From a bacterium (GTDB lineage: Bacteria; Zhuqueibacterota; Zhuqueibacteria; Oceanimicrobiales; Oceanimicrobiaceae), in NCBI GenBank assembly GCA_046757165.1, contig JBHHXT010000005.1:1396-65395 (forward strand): DNA of 64,000 nucleotides. The letters are read 5' to 3'. Numbering within the stretch: the first letter of the stretch is position 1; each line of letters opens with the position of its first letter. Under the pieces are notes generated by a model. It was not told the origin of the DNA and ran no database searches. It saw only the letters and a program-made list of their open reading frames with translations. A program made the translations under genes and the position numbers. Of the stretch, positions 8,928-18,981 are shown piece after piece.

Positions 8928-11213
8928 CTAGGACAATCCTTTGCTCCGCCGCACATACCACTCGACGCACAAAATCACAATCACGAGCAGGAACCAGACT
9001 GGCATATCCCACAAATCGTACTCGACCAGTTTGGAATAGCTGCTCTGCATCACGGCGATTTCCGAGGGCAGATTTTGCGCCTCCTCCTGGTAGTAGTATT
9101 TGCCGCCACTGACTTCGGCAATCCTGCTCAAAAAAGCGGATTGCAGGTGGGCGTTGGAGAACTCTACTTTCGATTTTTCGACGAAAAATGCTGTCTCGCT
9201 CTTCCCCAGGAATTGTCCGCGTGCGGAAAAGGCGCTGATCTCGACGAGGTACATCCCCTCTTCGTCAGGGTGGTAGGTGCCCAGATGTTCCACTGTGCCA
9301 TTCGACGACCACCGGAAGGGGACCTCGACCTTCTCTCCGGACGGTTTGGTAATCCGCGCTTTGATGGTGGCATCAGGGATGGTGGTAAACGAGCTATCGC
9401 GCACATCGGCCTTTATGGTCACCTGCTCGTTCGGAATGTAGGTCGCATTGTCGGTGTGGGACTCGATCGGCTCCGGCGAAGAAAGGGCGAGCCAGCGCAG
9501 TACCTGCCGCCAGAAGCGCTCATGGCTCATATCCTGGTGCGGCATGCCCATTTGCCACAGCCACGAGCTGGAGGTGGCAAAAATCATCGAGCGTCCGCGC
9601 CCAAACCGTTGCTGGGCCAGAATAATTTTGGGATTGTCCGGTTCGCTCAGCGGATGGACCGCCAGGATGGTGGCCCCCGGCTTGGCCCGGCCGAGGGGAT
9701 TGTACCCTTCCAGCTCGGTCAATTCATCCCAGATGGCATGGTTCTGTGACTCGTCGGCGGAAAGCCGCAAGATGGGATTGCGATATCCTTCCGAGGTCAG
9801 CAGCAGCCTGTACTTATCGTGGAAGGTCGCCGGCGCCAGTGCGGTGCTGCCGTTTTGATAGGGCAGCTCCACGGGCAGCAGCTTCTCGATGACGGAATTC
9901 GTATAACCGCCCTGGGCAAAGGACTGGCTGCCGCCCAGCATCAGGAAGCCTCCGCCACGCTGAGAAACAAACGCCACCGTATTCTCGAGCTGTTCATCCT
10001 TGAAAAACTCTCGTTCCATACTGCCGAAAATGATGGCATCATACTCGAACAGCTCTGCCTTGGACAGGGGATAGCCGTCTTTCAGTTCTTGCTGGTTCTT
10101 GACTCCTTGCCGGTAGAATTTGTCCGGCCGTCCCGTTCGCAACAGCGACACGAGCTCAATACTTTCATCGCCGTCAAGTGCACGCCGGATGAACTTGAAC
10201 TCCGCGCGCGGATGGCCCTCGAGGTAAAGCACGCGCGCTTTCCTGCTGCGGTTATCGATGATAAAACTCTTGCTGTTGTTGTCTGTAATGAACTCATTTT
10301 CCCGTGCCACGACCTCGAGCGAGTACCGAACAAACCCCTGCTTTTGCGGCGAAAATTTGAGCGAAACGTGCGTCGCCGAGCCTTTCAACCGAACCGTTTG
10401 CTTTTTGAGCAGTCGGCCATCCTCCAGCAGCTCCAGCTCGACTTCCTGCTCAGCAAAGCTCTTGTTTTTGATCAGGGCCGACACCTCGACCACCGAATTC
10501 TCGATGACGGAATGGTTGGCTGCGACTTTCGCCAGCTCGATATCCCGTGTCTTCTCGCTGCCGACGCCGACCACAAACACGGGCAGATTCTTGTTCTTCA
10601 TCAACGCGGCAATTTCCAGGGGATCCTGGTCGCTGTGATTGACGCCGTCGGTCACCAGCACCACGCCAGACACAGCATTGTGCTTGCCGATTTCCGTGGC
10701 CAAATTCAAACTCTTCGCCAGGTCCGTGGCCTCCCCTTGCGCGGCAAGCTCACCGGTCTTTTGCAGGTGGTCCACCTCAGAAGCGAACCGGTATACCTGG
10801 AGCTTGAAATTCTTCTCGAGCTCATCCATCAAGCCAGGGCGTGCCTGCTCTCCGAGCAGATTCTGCACAAAGTCCTTGCGGCTGCGATTCCCCTTCACGT
10901 CTTTGATGGACATGCTCTTGGAGTCATCGACCAGCACGACCAGAGAACTCTTGCGAGGCATGACTTTGGACACGGTAACAATTGGCTCCAGAACGAGCAA
11001 GAGCAGCACCGCGATGGCCGTAAACTTCAGAGTGATCAACACCCATTTGAGAACCTGGCTGACCTCCAGAGTCGTCCTGCGGTACACCACCCACAAGCAC
11101 GTCGCAAACGCGCAGACCACAAAGGTCATGAACGCAGCAGAGGGCGTGAAGTTGAACGATATCGTGCCCTCAGAAAAAACAACCGGACTGTATTTGAACA
11201 AGAATTCAAACAT
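8928..11213 (-). CDS. Membrane protein with VWA domain and C-terminal class-I glutamine-amidotransferase-like domain (Bat-operon type)
   Basis: 761 aa with N-terminal TM helices. VWA MIDAS-like region LVVLVDDSKSMS. C-terminal region AIIFGSMEREFF...VSQRGGGFLMLGG is GATase1/ThuA-like. Ends in a TM anchor. Confidence 0.6.
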   Translation of the reverse strand: MFEFLFKYSPVVFSEGTISFNFTPSAAFMTFVVCAFATCLWVVYRRTTLEVSQVLKWVLITLKFTAIAVLLLLVLEPIVTVSKVMPRKSSLVVLVDDSKSMSIKDVKGNRSRKDFVQNLLGEQARPGLMDELEKNFKLQVYRFASEVDHLQKTGELAAQGEATDLAKSLNLATEIGKHNAVSGVVLVTDGVNHSDQDPLEIAALMKNKNLPVFVVGVGSEKTRDIELAKVAANHSVIENSVVEVSALIKNKSFAEQEVELELLEDGRLLKKQTVRLKGSATHVSLKFSPQKQGFVRYSLEVVARENEFITDNNSKSFIIDNRSRKARVLYLEGHPRAEFKFIRRALDGDESIELVSLLRTGRPDKFYRQGVKNQQELKDGYPLSKAELFEYDAIIFGSMEREFFKDEQLENTVAFVSQRGGGFLMLGGSQSFAQGGYTNSVIEKLLPVELPYQNGSTALAPATFHDKYRLLLTSEGYRNPILRLSADESQNHAIWDELTELEGYNPLGRAKPGATILAVHPLSEPDNPKIILAQQRFGRGRSMIFATSSSWLWQMGMPHQDMSHERFWRQVLRWLALSSPEPIESHTDNATYIPNEQVTIKADVRDSSFTTIPDATIKARITKPSGEKVEVPFRWSSNGTVEHLGTYHPDEEGMYLVEISAFSARGQFLGKSETAFFVEKSKVEFSNAHLQSAFLSRIAEVSGGKYYYQEEAQNLPSEIAVMQSSYSKLVEYDLWDMPVWFLLVIVILCVEWYVRRSKGLS

Positions 11214-11301
11214 TTCGTTATCAATCCGTGTGAATCAGTGGCTTATTTATTTCCAAAATGTTTACACACAAAACGTTCATCTGCCCAATTCTGCGTCCAT
11301 T

Positions 11302-14300
11302 CTACTTCTCCGTGGTGGACAATACTTCGTAATATTTCTCCACCAATTCCTTATATCCAGGTGGAATTTTCTGCTCGCGGGCCAAAAAGAGCTTCTCCTT
11401 GTTTCTGACCAGCTCGAGTTTTTGGGCCAGCTCAGCCTCCAGTCCCCGCAGAGGAATGAGAACTTGCTTCTCGATCACCTGAAATCTCTCGGTCAGCCCG
11501 CCGGAAAACGTGCGCAAAACGGTTTGCAGGCTTTGATTCAGGTTGCCCGCCGTGCGGGTCAGCGTGGTATCGGTATGCAGAGATTGTTGAATGAATTCCA
11601 ACTCGTTCAGGCTACGTACGAGCTCGTCATTCATCCAATCGAGTTTTTGCGGATCGAGCACTTCGCGTGGGGTGCGGGTTTCCCCCGGCCCGGCCTGCCG
11701 GTTCTCAGCCGCGCGGCTGCTGGCTTGTTGCTGGCCCTCCCGGCTCTGCTCAGACTGTGGCGGACTGAGTTTTTGCGCCTGTCTCTGCAATGCCTCCAGG
11801 TCCTGGCGCAGTTTTCTGGTTTGATCGAGGGCCAGGTCGAGCTTCTCCTCCTCTGACTCGGCCAGGGCAGCTCTCAACCGGGTCAGATCTTCGCCGGTGT
11901 CCTCCAACTTGGAGAGAATGTCTTTTTCCGCTTGCAGTGCGGAATTGAGCTGCTTTTCATCGAGCAGTTTTTGGGCAGTGGTCATTTTCTTCACGAGCGC
12001 ACGCTTTTCAATATCCTGCGTCAACTTCCTGAGTTGACGGTTGAGAGTATTCTTCGTCGCGGGCGCTTGTCGCGACAGGTCTCGCAACTGTTTTTGCACG
12101 GCGCCCAGCTCCTGGCGCAAGGTCTCTTGTTTTTGCTGCGCGCTCGCAATACCGGCCTCCGCTTCTTTCCCTTGCTTGCGGGTCGCTGCCAGGTTCTCGA
12201 CCTCGCTGGTCAGCTCACGTTGCGCTTCAGTCATTTGCTGAAATTGTTTTTTGAGATCGTCAATTTGGCGGCGCAAGGACTCTTTCTGGTTTCGGTGCAA
12301 CAGTTTTTCCAGACGGGTCAGTCGGTTGAACGCGCGTGAGCCTTTGGCGGCGGCCAGATCCGTGTTGTCTTTGCGTAGATTGTGTGAGGCGTTGTTCATT
12401 TCCGAGGCGGCCTGCCTCAAACTCTGCTGTACCGCCCTAGGAAGATTGGGGTTGTTGCGCCGCACTTGCTGCATCTGGCGCATCAACTGCTGCGTTTCTC
12501 GCCGGATCTGCTCTTGCTGCCGGCGAAGCTCTTCGATTTTGCGCTTTCTTTCCTCACGTGTCAGCTCTTGCCGCGCCAGGTCCTGCATCTGGCGATTGAA
12601 CTGCTGCTGCCGCTTTGCCAGCTCCTTCACTTTCTCGAGTGCATCATTGAGCTCGTCATCCGATTGTTGCTGCGGGCTTTCCTGCAGCGTCTCATATTTG
12701 TTGTTGAGCTTGTCCATCTCATCTTCGAAAAGCTGGGCGAGCTCTTCCAGGCTGGCGTTGTTGCCTTGCCCCTGTGCGCGCGAGCGCTGGATTTGCACTT
12801 CACGAACCTGGGCTTCCGCAAGCAGCAGCCGCTGCAACGCCTCTCTTTGCGGCGTCTGTGCCGCCTTCAGCTTCTTGTCCTTCAGCTCCTCGAGCGCGCG
12901 CGCCATCGCCTCCACTGCCTCGGAGTAGTATTTCTTCACATCCGTGCCGACATCGCGTGTGAAGACCGAACGCTGCTCCATTTGAAACAGCGTACTCTGC
13001 GTGACTTCCTGAAGATTCTCCTGGCTCGCCACCAGCACATCGATATCATCCGTCAACTTCTTCGGCATGAGCTGGCGAGCTCTTTGCTCTGTTTTCCAGG
13101 TCGCAACGATAATTTCCTTCTGGGTTTGCGAAAGGCGTCCCCCCATGCTGCCTGCTCCCCCCATCTGTCCCTGCGATACCGGACGCGTGAACTCCTTTTC
13201 AAAGGGGCGGACTTCTATGAAAAAGATGTCCGAATGGACGTGGTTGCCCTTGCCTTCACCAGCGTCCGCGGCTGCCACGTAGTAGTTCAAGAAGTCACCC
13301 GGTAGCACGTTCAGGTCTTCCAGGTAGAACACATGCTCTGCGGCAAACTCCTTGTGCCCCTCGACGCCAATCTCCAGTTTGCTTTTCGCCCGCTCCTTGA
13401 CTTCCAGAGCGATTTCCTTCTCATCCGAGCTGTTGACGACGTACCTCAGTTTCAAGTTTGGCCTGCCGTAGTCATCCTCGACGCGCATTCTCAGCCGCAC
13501 CTCCTCCAGCATCGAGGCCTTGATGTCTCGTCCCGGCCACTCGATGCTCAGGTCCGGAGGTTCGTTAGAGAGGGCGTGCACGTAATATTCAGGCGGCGGA
13601 TCATTAGACAAATTGTCGATATCGGTAATCGAGATTCTGTAGTAATCATCATGGCGAATGGTAAACGCAGCCGTCAAGATCGAATCCTCGCGGATGGTGG
13701 TGCGCAACTCCTGCCCTTGTCCCAGGAGAATGGTCGCGTCGCGCAGGGCCTTGTCCGCGACAGCCGTGACGGTCACGACCGTCCCTTCCGGCGCCCACAG
13801 GTCTCCGCTGTCGCGTTCGGTCTTGTTTTTCAAGCCCGTATAGCGCGGGTATTTGAACGCCAAATCGACTCGCTTGATCTTAGGCGCATCGTACACGGAA
13901 AACGTGTAAATATCAGAAAGCCGTTCATCGGCCTTGACGTAGTATTTCGTATCCAACTGCAAATCAAAAAAGTTGTACACATACATATTGGCATCGAACG
14001 TCGGGTCCATCTCCACCTTGTGCCAGGAGGAGTCGCTGTCGGAATAGTACAGGGTGATCTCCTCCGCTTCAAAGGCGGTCAACTCCGCCTTGATTTCCAG
14101 CGCCGAACCTCTTAACACGCGCAGGTCGCCGGGTGTCACCTGCAGAGCCGGTTTGGGCTTGATGGTCGGAAACTTCCACGGTGTCAAAATGCGATTCGAC
14201 TTCAAGGCAAAAAAGTCCCGGTTCGAAAAGACAAATCCGGTGAGCAGCACGCACGCCGCCAACGCTGCACCGCTCCAGACGACAGCGGTTCGCACCTTCA

Positions 14301-14724
14301 TCGATTTGGTCAGGTTGAGCGGCTCGACATGGAAACGCGTGTCATCCAGGAGCTTCTCGAGAATGCGATGCGAGGTGTTTGGATCGCCAGCCGCCCCCAG
14401 CTCGATTGCGGTCACCAGTCTGTCTTCGAGGTGCGGGTGTTTTTCTTCCAGGTAGCGCGCAAGCTGGGCCTCTCCCGGCACCCTGAGCAGCGGACGGATA
14501 ACCTCGAGATACGCCGTGACAGAAAATACGACAGCCATCACCAGCAAGAGCAGCAGGCGCAATGCGGTGTCCAATTGCACGAATGAATCGAGCGCAAACG
14601 CCAGCACGAACACGGTGATGGTGGCGAGCAGCACCTGTGAGCCGCCTTTCAACAAAATCAGCTTTTTCCAGCGCCGGCAAACTTCGTCGATCCTTTGTTT
14701 CAATCTTCTATGTTGATAGCTCAT
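11302..14724 (-). CDS. DUF4175-like membrane protein with very long Gln/Glu/Arg-rich coiled-coil
   Basis: 1140 aa. N-terminal TM segments, then a beta-rich region, then about 500 aa of coiled coil (QQQFNRQMQDLARQELTREERKRKIEELRRQQEQIRR...). This is the position DUF4175 proteins take in MoxR/BatA operons. Confidence 0.6.
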   Translation of the reverse strand: MSYQHRRLKQRIDEVCRRWKKLILLKGGSQVLLATITVFVLAFALDSFVQLDTALRLLLLLVMAVVFSVTAYLEVIRPLLRVPGEAQLARYLEEKHPHLEDRLVTAIELGAAGDPNTSHRILEKLLDDTRFHVEPLNLTKSMKVRTAVVWSGAALAACVLLTGFVFSNRDFFALKSNRILTPWKFPTIKPKPALQVTPGDLRVLRGSALEIKAELTAFEAEEITLYYSDSDSSWHKVEMDPTFDANMYVYNFFDLQLDTKYYVKADERLSDIYTFSVYDAPKIKRVDLAFKYPRYTGLKNKTERDSGDLWAPEGTVVTVTAVADKALRDATILLGQGQELRTTIREDSILTAAFTIRHDDYYRISITDIDNLSNDPPPEYYVHALSNEPPDLSIEWPGRDIKASMLEEVRLRMRVEDDYGRPNLKLRYVVNSSDEKEIALEVKERAKSKLEIGVEGHKEFAAEHVFYLEDLNVLPGDFLNYYVAAADAGEGKGNHVHSDIFFIEVRPFEKEFTRPVSQGQMGGAGSMGGRLSQTQKEIIVATWKTEQRARQLMPKKLTDDIDVLVASQENLQEVTQSTLFQMEQRSVFTRDVGTDVKKYYSEAVEAMARALEELKDKKLKAAQTPQREALQRLLLAEAQVREVQIQRSRAQGQGNNASLEELAQLFEDEMDKLNNKYETLQESPQQQSDDELNDALEKVKELAKRQQQFNRQMQDLARQELTREERKRKIEELRRQQEQIRRETQQLMRQMQQVRRNNPNLPRAVQQSLRQAASEMNNASHNLRKDNTDLAAAKGSRAFNRLTRLEKLLHRNQKESLRRQIDDLKKQFQQMTEAQRELTSEVENLAATRKQGKEAEAGIASAQQKQETLRQELGAVQKQLRDLSRQAPATKNTLNRQLRKLTQDIEKRALVKKMTTAQKLLDEKQLNSALQAEKDILSKLEDTGEDLTRLRAALAESEEEKLDLALDQTRKLRQDLEALQRQAQKLSPPQSEQSREGQQQASSRAAENRQAGPGETRTPREVLDPQKLDWMNDELVRSLNELEFIQQSLHTDTTLTRTAGNLNQSLQTVLRTFSGGLTERFQVIEKQVLIPLRGLEAELAQKLELVRNKEKLFLAREQKIPPGYKELVEKYYEVLSTTEK

Positions 14725-14745
14725 CTCTACTCCGTCTCGGTTTTG

Positions 14746-16818
14746 CTACCGGTAGGTCCGGTTCGCCAACCAGGTCTCGGCAACCAGCATCAGCAGCACC
14801 AGCAAGATGCCGAATCGCCAGAGTTTTTGGTTTTTTTCCACCTGGTCCATAAAGCGCCCGTCAGCGACTGCGGCGCTCTGCACCTCGGTTGCGACTTGTG
14901 TCATTTTGGCCTGCAACTCAATCTCGGTCGCAGAGCTGAGATCCGACTCTCGTGCAGCGACGTTGACGGCAAAATACGCCAGGGGCCGTCTGCCCCCCTC
15001 TCTGCGCAGCTCGTAAATCCCCGGCTCTTCTGTGCCATCGAACATGCTGCCGTCATCGGTCACGCTTTCTCCGGAAGGGCGCGTGATCACTGCTTTGTCG
15101 TTGCTTTCCGGCCCAAAGCCGTAGCCTCTCAAGGCAACCGGATTTCCCACCAGCAGCGACTCCTGCCCCTTGTTCTCGGAAGCCACGTATTGCAGCGTTT
15201 GGTAAAGCAGGGGCAAATAGAGTGCCTTGACCGGCAGATTGTTCCATTCTGTGTCAATCGTCGAGGTAAACAACACCACCTTGCCGGCGCCCACTTTGCG
15301 CTCCAGAATCGCGGGACTGCCGTCGTCGAAATAGGCCAGAACGGCTCGGTCTTCCATGGGCCTGGCGTAAAAATACTGGTAGAACTCCGCCATGCTCGGG
15401 TCGCTCTGACCTGGATCGGCAAAGAGCCTGAAGATGGGGTGCTGGTAATCCACTTCAGCAAGAATCACGCCGTTGTCGTGCTCGACAGACTTGAATGCCC
15501 GATTGCTCAGAGTCGCCGGAACGAGATCCTGGAGCTGCCGGTTGAAAATCTTGGGACTCACGCGGTCGCCCAGTGTTACAATCAACCCTCCACCACCACG
15601 CACGTAGTACTTGAGCCGTTCGACCGCTGACCGGCTCAAGTCTTTGACGTTGGCCAGGATAATGGCTCGATAGTCTTTGAAATCGTGTTTCTCTAATTCC
15701 TTCGGCAGCGCTTTGACCAGAGCGTATTTGGCGAGACCCGGCAAGTTAATCGCGCGTTCCATGAAAAACAACTCGTCAGTTGCAGCATCTCGCCTGGGCT
15801 CGCCGTTGACGGCCAGGATTTTGGATTGGGCCTGGCTTTGCACAACAAAATAGTAACGATTGTCCAGCTCGAGGGCATCATCCTCGGAGTTCAACTCGAT
15901 GAAGCCGGTCACGAACGCACCGGAAAGCCTGACCCGTTTAAATCTGATTGTCTTTTCCTCACCAGCCAGGAACGTCAACACACGCTGTGATATTTTCTTG
16001 CGATTCAGATACAACCTGGTGGTAATTTTTCTCTTCTCTTTGCCAAAATTTTTGACTCGTGCCAACACATCGGCACGTTTGCGCTTGCGTTCGTCTTTGG
16101 CAATGTGCAGATCTTGCACAGCCACGTTTACGACCTCCCGGTCTCCTACCGCCAGGAAATTCACTTCGATACCTTCCAGAACACTCCAGTGCGGGTTCAG
16201 CTCATCCCAGCCTGACCTTTGAAAATCGGAAATCAAGGTGATCGATTTCAAGTTGTAAGGAAACTCGAGCAACGCGGATTCAGCCGCCTGCAGGGCTTGC
16301 ATATAGTTGGTGCTTCGCCGAGAAAGACGAACTCTACCCCCCAATTGGTCTGCCAACGCTGCGAAATTGGCGCTTGTTTCACCTAGCACCTCGGAAGATT
16401 CCGAGAATTGCATCACCGTCACCTGGTCGCGCGGGCGTAACCCTTTCACAACTTCTTTCGCCTTGTTGACGGCCTGCTCGAAACGGTTGCCAGCGGCCAT
16501 GCTAAATGAGTTGTCGACCAGGATGACGACGGCTTTGGGTTCATTTCCCCAGAAGGGAGCGGTTTGATGGTTTGCCAGAAATGGTCGTGCAAACGCTCCG
16601 GCGAGAATCATCAGCGCCGTAATGCGCAGCAGCAAGAGCAAAATCTGCTTGAGCCGCTGCGACTTATAGCGTTCGTTCGGCTCGAGCCGCAGAAACCGCA
16701 TGGCCGCAAAGTGGAGTCTGATGGCACGGTTGCGTTTTATCAAATGAATAATGATCGGCAACGACGCGGCCGCCACACCCCAGAGAAAAAGCGAATTCAA
16801 GAACGAAAGCCCAAACAT
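14746..16818 (-). CDS. batA: BatA-like protein: N-terminal double-transmembrane domain plus VWA domain
   Basis: MFGLSFLNSLFLWGVAAASLPIIIHLIKR is the aerotolerance BatA N-terminal double-TM signature. VWA region VVILVDNSFSMAAG follows. Confidence 0.75.
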   Translation of the reverse strand: MFGLSFLNSLFLWGVAAASLPIIIHLIKRNRAIRLHFAAMRFLRLEPNERYKSQRLKQILLLLLRITALMILAGAFARPFLANHQTAPFWGNEPKAVVILVDNSFSMAAGNRFEQAVNKAKEVVKGLRPRDQVTVMQFSESSEVLGETSANFAALADQLGGRVRLSRRSTNYMQALQAAESALLEFPYNLKSITLISDFQRSGWDELNPHWSVLEGIEVNFLAVGDREVVNVAVQDLHIAKDERKRKRADVLARVKNFGKEKRKITTRLYLNRKKISQRVLTFLAGEEKTIRFKRVRLSGAFVTGFIELNSEDDALELDNRYYFVVQSQAQSKILAVNGEPRRDAATDELFFMERAINLPGLAKYALVKALPKELEKHDFKDYRAIILANVKDLSRSAVERLKYYVRGGGGLIVTLGDRVSPKIFNRQLQDLVPATLSNRAFKSVEHDNGVILAEVDYQHPIFRLFADPGQSDPSMAEFYQYFYARPMEDRAVLAYFDDGSPAILERKVGAGKVVLFTSTIDTEWNNLPVKALYLPLLYQTLQYVASENKGQESLLVGNPVALRGYGFGPESNDKAVITRPSGESVTDDGSMFDGTEEPGIYELRREGGRRPLAYFAVNVAARESDLSSATEIELQAKMTQVATEVQSAAVADGRFMDQVEKNQKLWRFGILLVLLMLVAETWLANRTYR

Positions 16819-16820
16819 GT

Positions 16821-17714
16821 CTATCCCTTTCCACTCCGGTGTGTGAGGTAGCGAAAGAGCGCAAAATCAAGCGGTTTGGCCGTATTCAACAAGTGATAGT
16901 CGATCTGCATCTGGCCGCAGCCCTTTTTGAACGCCTCGATATGCTGGTTCAGTTTTCGCAGGTACGTGTCCCGCACAATGGTTGGGATCGCCATCATTTC
17001 CGACTCCGCCTCCATGTCGATAAATCGGGTCGCATTTTGAAACGGAAAATTGAGCTCGGTATCATCCATGACATGAAACACGATGACATCGTGGCCTTTA
17101 AAGCGAATATGTTGCAACCCTGCCAGCACGCTCTCCGGATCATCGAGCAAATCCGAAATCAGGATGGTCAAGCCTTTCCTGCTGATCGTCTCTGCGACCT
17201 GGTGCAGCGGCAGGGAGAGGTCAGTCTGAGTCCCGTGCTCAATCTTCTCCAAATAGCGCAGGATGGACAGCAGGTGACCGCGCCGATTGCGCGACGGAAT
17301 GAACTGCCTGATTTCGTTGTCCATCGTCATCAAGCCAACCCCGTCGCGCTGCTGAAAAATCAGATAGCCAAGCGAGGCGGCGAGATACGAGCTGTACTCC
17401 AACTTGGAAACGGTGTCGCTGCCATAGCCCATCGAGGCGCTGCAGTCCAGCAGGAGGTGGCAGCTCAGATTCGTTTCCTCTTCAAACTCCTTGAGGTAGT
17501 AGCGGTCCGAGCGCGCAAAGACCTTCCAGTCGATAAAGCGAATATCATCGCCCGGCGTATACTCCCGGTACTCCGCAAATTCCACGCTGAAGCCGCGGTA
17601 CGGACTGCGGTGCAGGCCGTAGATAAACCCCTCCACCACGGTTCGGGCACGCAGCTCCATCCCGGATATCTTCGACAAAATCTTCGGGTCCAAGAATCGT
17701 ATCTGGTTTGCCAT
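16821..17714 (-). CDS. DUF58 domain protein (MoxR partner)
   Basis: 297 aa. YRGFSVEFAEYREYTPGDDIRFIDWKVFARSDRYYLKEFEEE and LLLDCSASMGYG are typical DUF58 motifs. Confidence 0.8.
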   Translation of the reverse strand: MANQIRFLDPKILSKISGMELRARTVVEGFIYGLHRSPYRGFSVEFAEYREYTPGDDIRFIDWKVFARSDRYYLKEFEEETNLSCHLLLDCSASMGYGSDTVSKLEYSSYLAASLGYLIFQQRDGVGLMTMDNEIRQFIPSRNRRGHLLSILRYLEKIEHGTQTDLSLPLHQVAETISRKGLTILISDLLDDPESVLAGLQHIRFKGHDVIVFHVMDDTELNFPFQNATRFIDMEAESEMMAIPTIVRDTYLRKLNQHIEAFKKGCGQMQIDYHLLNTAKPLDFALFRYLTHRSGKG

Positions 17715-17734
17715 GGTCTCTGACAGGATTTGTC

Positions 17735-18763
17735 CTACATTCCCGACTTCGGCTCTGGCACAGTTTCCAAAAGGCGCCGGATAATATCCTCAGAAGTCAC
17801 TTTCTCAGATTCAGCGAAAAAGTTGGTCAAGATTCGGTGGCGCAAAACCGGCAGCGCCAGCTCTTTGATGTCGCGAATAGAAACGTTGTACCGACCTTCT
17901 ATGATAGCCCGAGCTTTGCCGCCAAGGATCAGGTACTGTGAAGCGCGCAAGCCGGCGCCCCAGCTCACCCAATTCTTGACAAAGTCTGGCGCGTTGCGGT
18001 TGCCAGGCCGGCTGGCGGCCACCAGACGAACAGCATACTGCGCCACTTGCACAGACAGCGGGACCTTTCTGACAACTTTCTGAAATTCAATCACCTCTGT
18101 GCCGGTGATGACGCGTTGCAGGTCGGGCACGTAATTCGAGGTGGTCGAGGTCACCACTCTTACCTCATCGTCCTCGTCGAGATAGTCGAGCACGATGTTG
18201 AACATGAAGCGGTCCAACTGCGCCTCGGGCAGCGGATAGGTGCCCTCGAGCTCGATCGGGTTCTGCGTCGCCAGAACAAAAAACGGCTCTTCGAGCTCAT
18301 ACGTGTTGCCGCCGGCGGTGACGCTGTGCTCCTGCATGGCCTCCAGCAGAGCGGCTTGCGTCTTCGGCGGCGTGCGGTTGATTTCATCGGCAAGAATAAT
18401 GTTGGCGAACACAGGCCCCTTCACGAACTTCAGCGTGCGCCGGCCTGTGGTGCGATCCTCTTCGATGACGTCCGTGCCGATGATGTCAGACGGCATCAAA
18501 TCCGGCGTAAATTGAATCCGTTTGAATTTCAAATCCAGTATCTGAGCGATGGTGCGAATCAGGAGCGTTTTCGCCAGTCCCGGCACACCGGTCAACAAGC
18601 AGTGTCCGCCGGTGACCAACGCCAACATAACTTGACCGATGGCGCGATCTTGCCCGACAATGATTTTTCTGAGCTCTTTGTAGATCTTCCGGCTGCCATC
18701 CCGCAACTTTTCAATATACGCCAGGTCTTCCGGCTGCTCACCTCGTGTGGTGCTTTCTAACAT
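17735..18763 (-). CDS. moxR: MoxR-family AAA+ ATPase
   Basis: Walker A GHCLLTGVPGLAKT, then LADEINRTPPKTQAALLEAMQE (Walker B / sensor region of MoxR). Confidence 0.9.
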   Translation of the reverse strand: MLESTTRGEQPEDLAYIEKLRDGSRKIYKELRKIIVGQDRAIGQVMLALVTGGHCLLTGVPGLAKTLLIRTIAQILDLKFKRIQFTPDLMPSDIIGTDVIEEDRTTGRRTLKFVKGPVFANIILADEINRTPPKTQAALLEAMQEHSVTAGGNTYELEEPFFVLATQNPIELEGTYPLPEAQLDRFMFNIVLDYLDEDDEVRVVTSTTSNYVPDLQRVITGTEVIEFQKVVRKVPLSVQVAQYAVRLVAASRPGNRNAPDFVKNWVSWGAGLRASQYLILGGKARAIIEGRYNVSIRDIKELALPVLRHRILTNFFAESEKVTSEDIIRRLLETVPEPKSGM

Positions 18764-18785
18764 CGTCTCTCCGTTCTTCTAATTA

Positions 18786-18972
18786 AAGTATTGTCGGTAA
18801 TTTCTTTGGATCACTCGTTTGCTGAAAAAACCGTCATTTGAGCTTCGCTCGTCATTTGTTGTCATTTGCCTTGCGGGCGTCATTGAGCAAGCAAGGACCA
18901 AATGACGCCCGCAAGGCAAATGACGGCGCGAAGCGCTAAATGACTTTTTTCGCAGCGAAGTCTGCGAAAAAA
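18786..18972. repeat. MITE-like palindromic dispersed repeat family R1, copy A (about 188 bp)
   Basis: Near-identical to 55099-55287. Internal perfect hairpin TTGCCTTGCGGGCGTCATT...AATGACGCCCGCAAGGCAA and terminal hairpin TTTCGCAGCGAAGTCTGCGAAAAAAA. Lies 22 nt upstream of the moxR start. Confidence 0.85.
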
Positions 18973-18981
18973 AATCGCCGC

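Noticed and set aside
9819-14455. Long plus-strand ORFs (529, 405, 279, 260 aa and others) opposite the VWA and DUF4175 genes
   Set aside because: They are antisense to genes with clear domain signatures and give low-complexity Leu/Arg/Gln-rich products. Long open antisense frames are expected opposite a coiled-coil gene rich in GAG/CAG/CGC codons.
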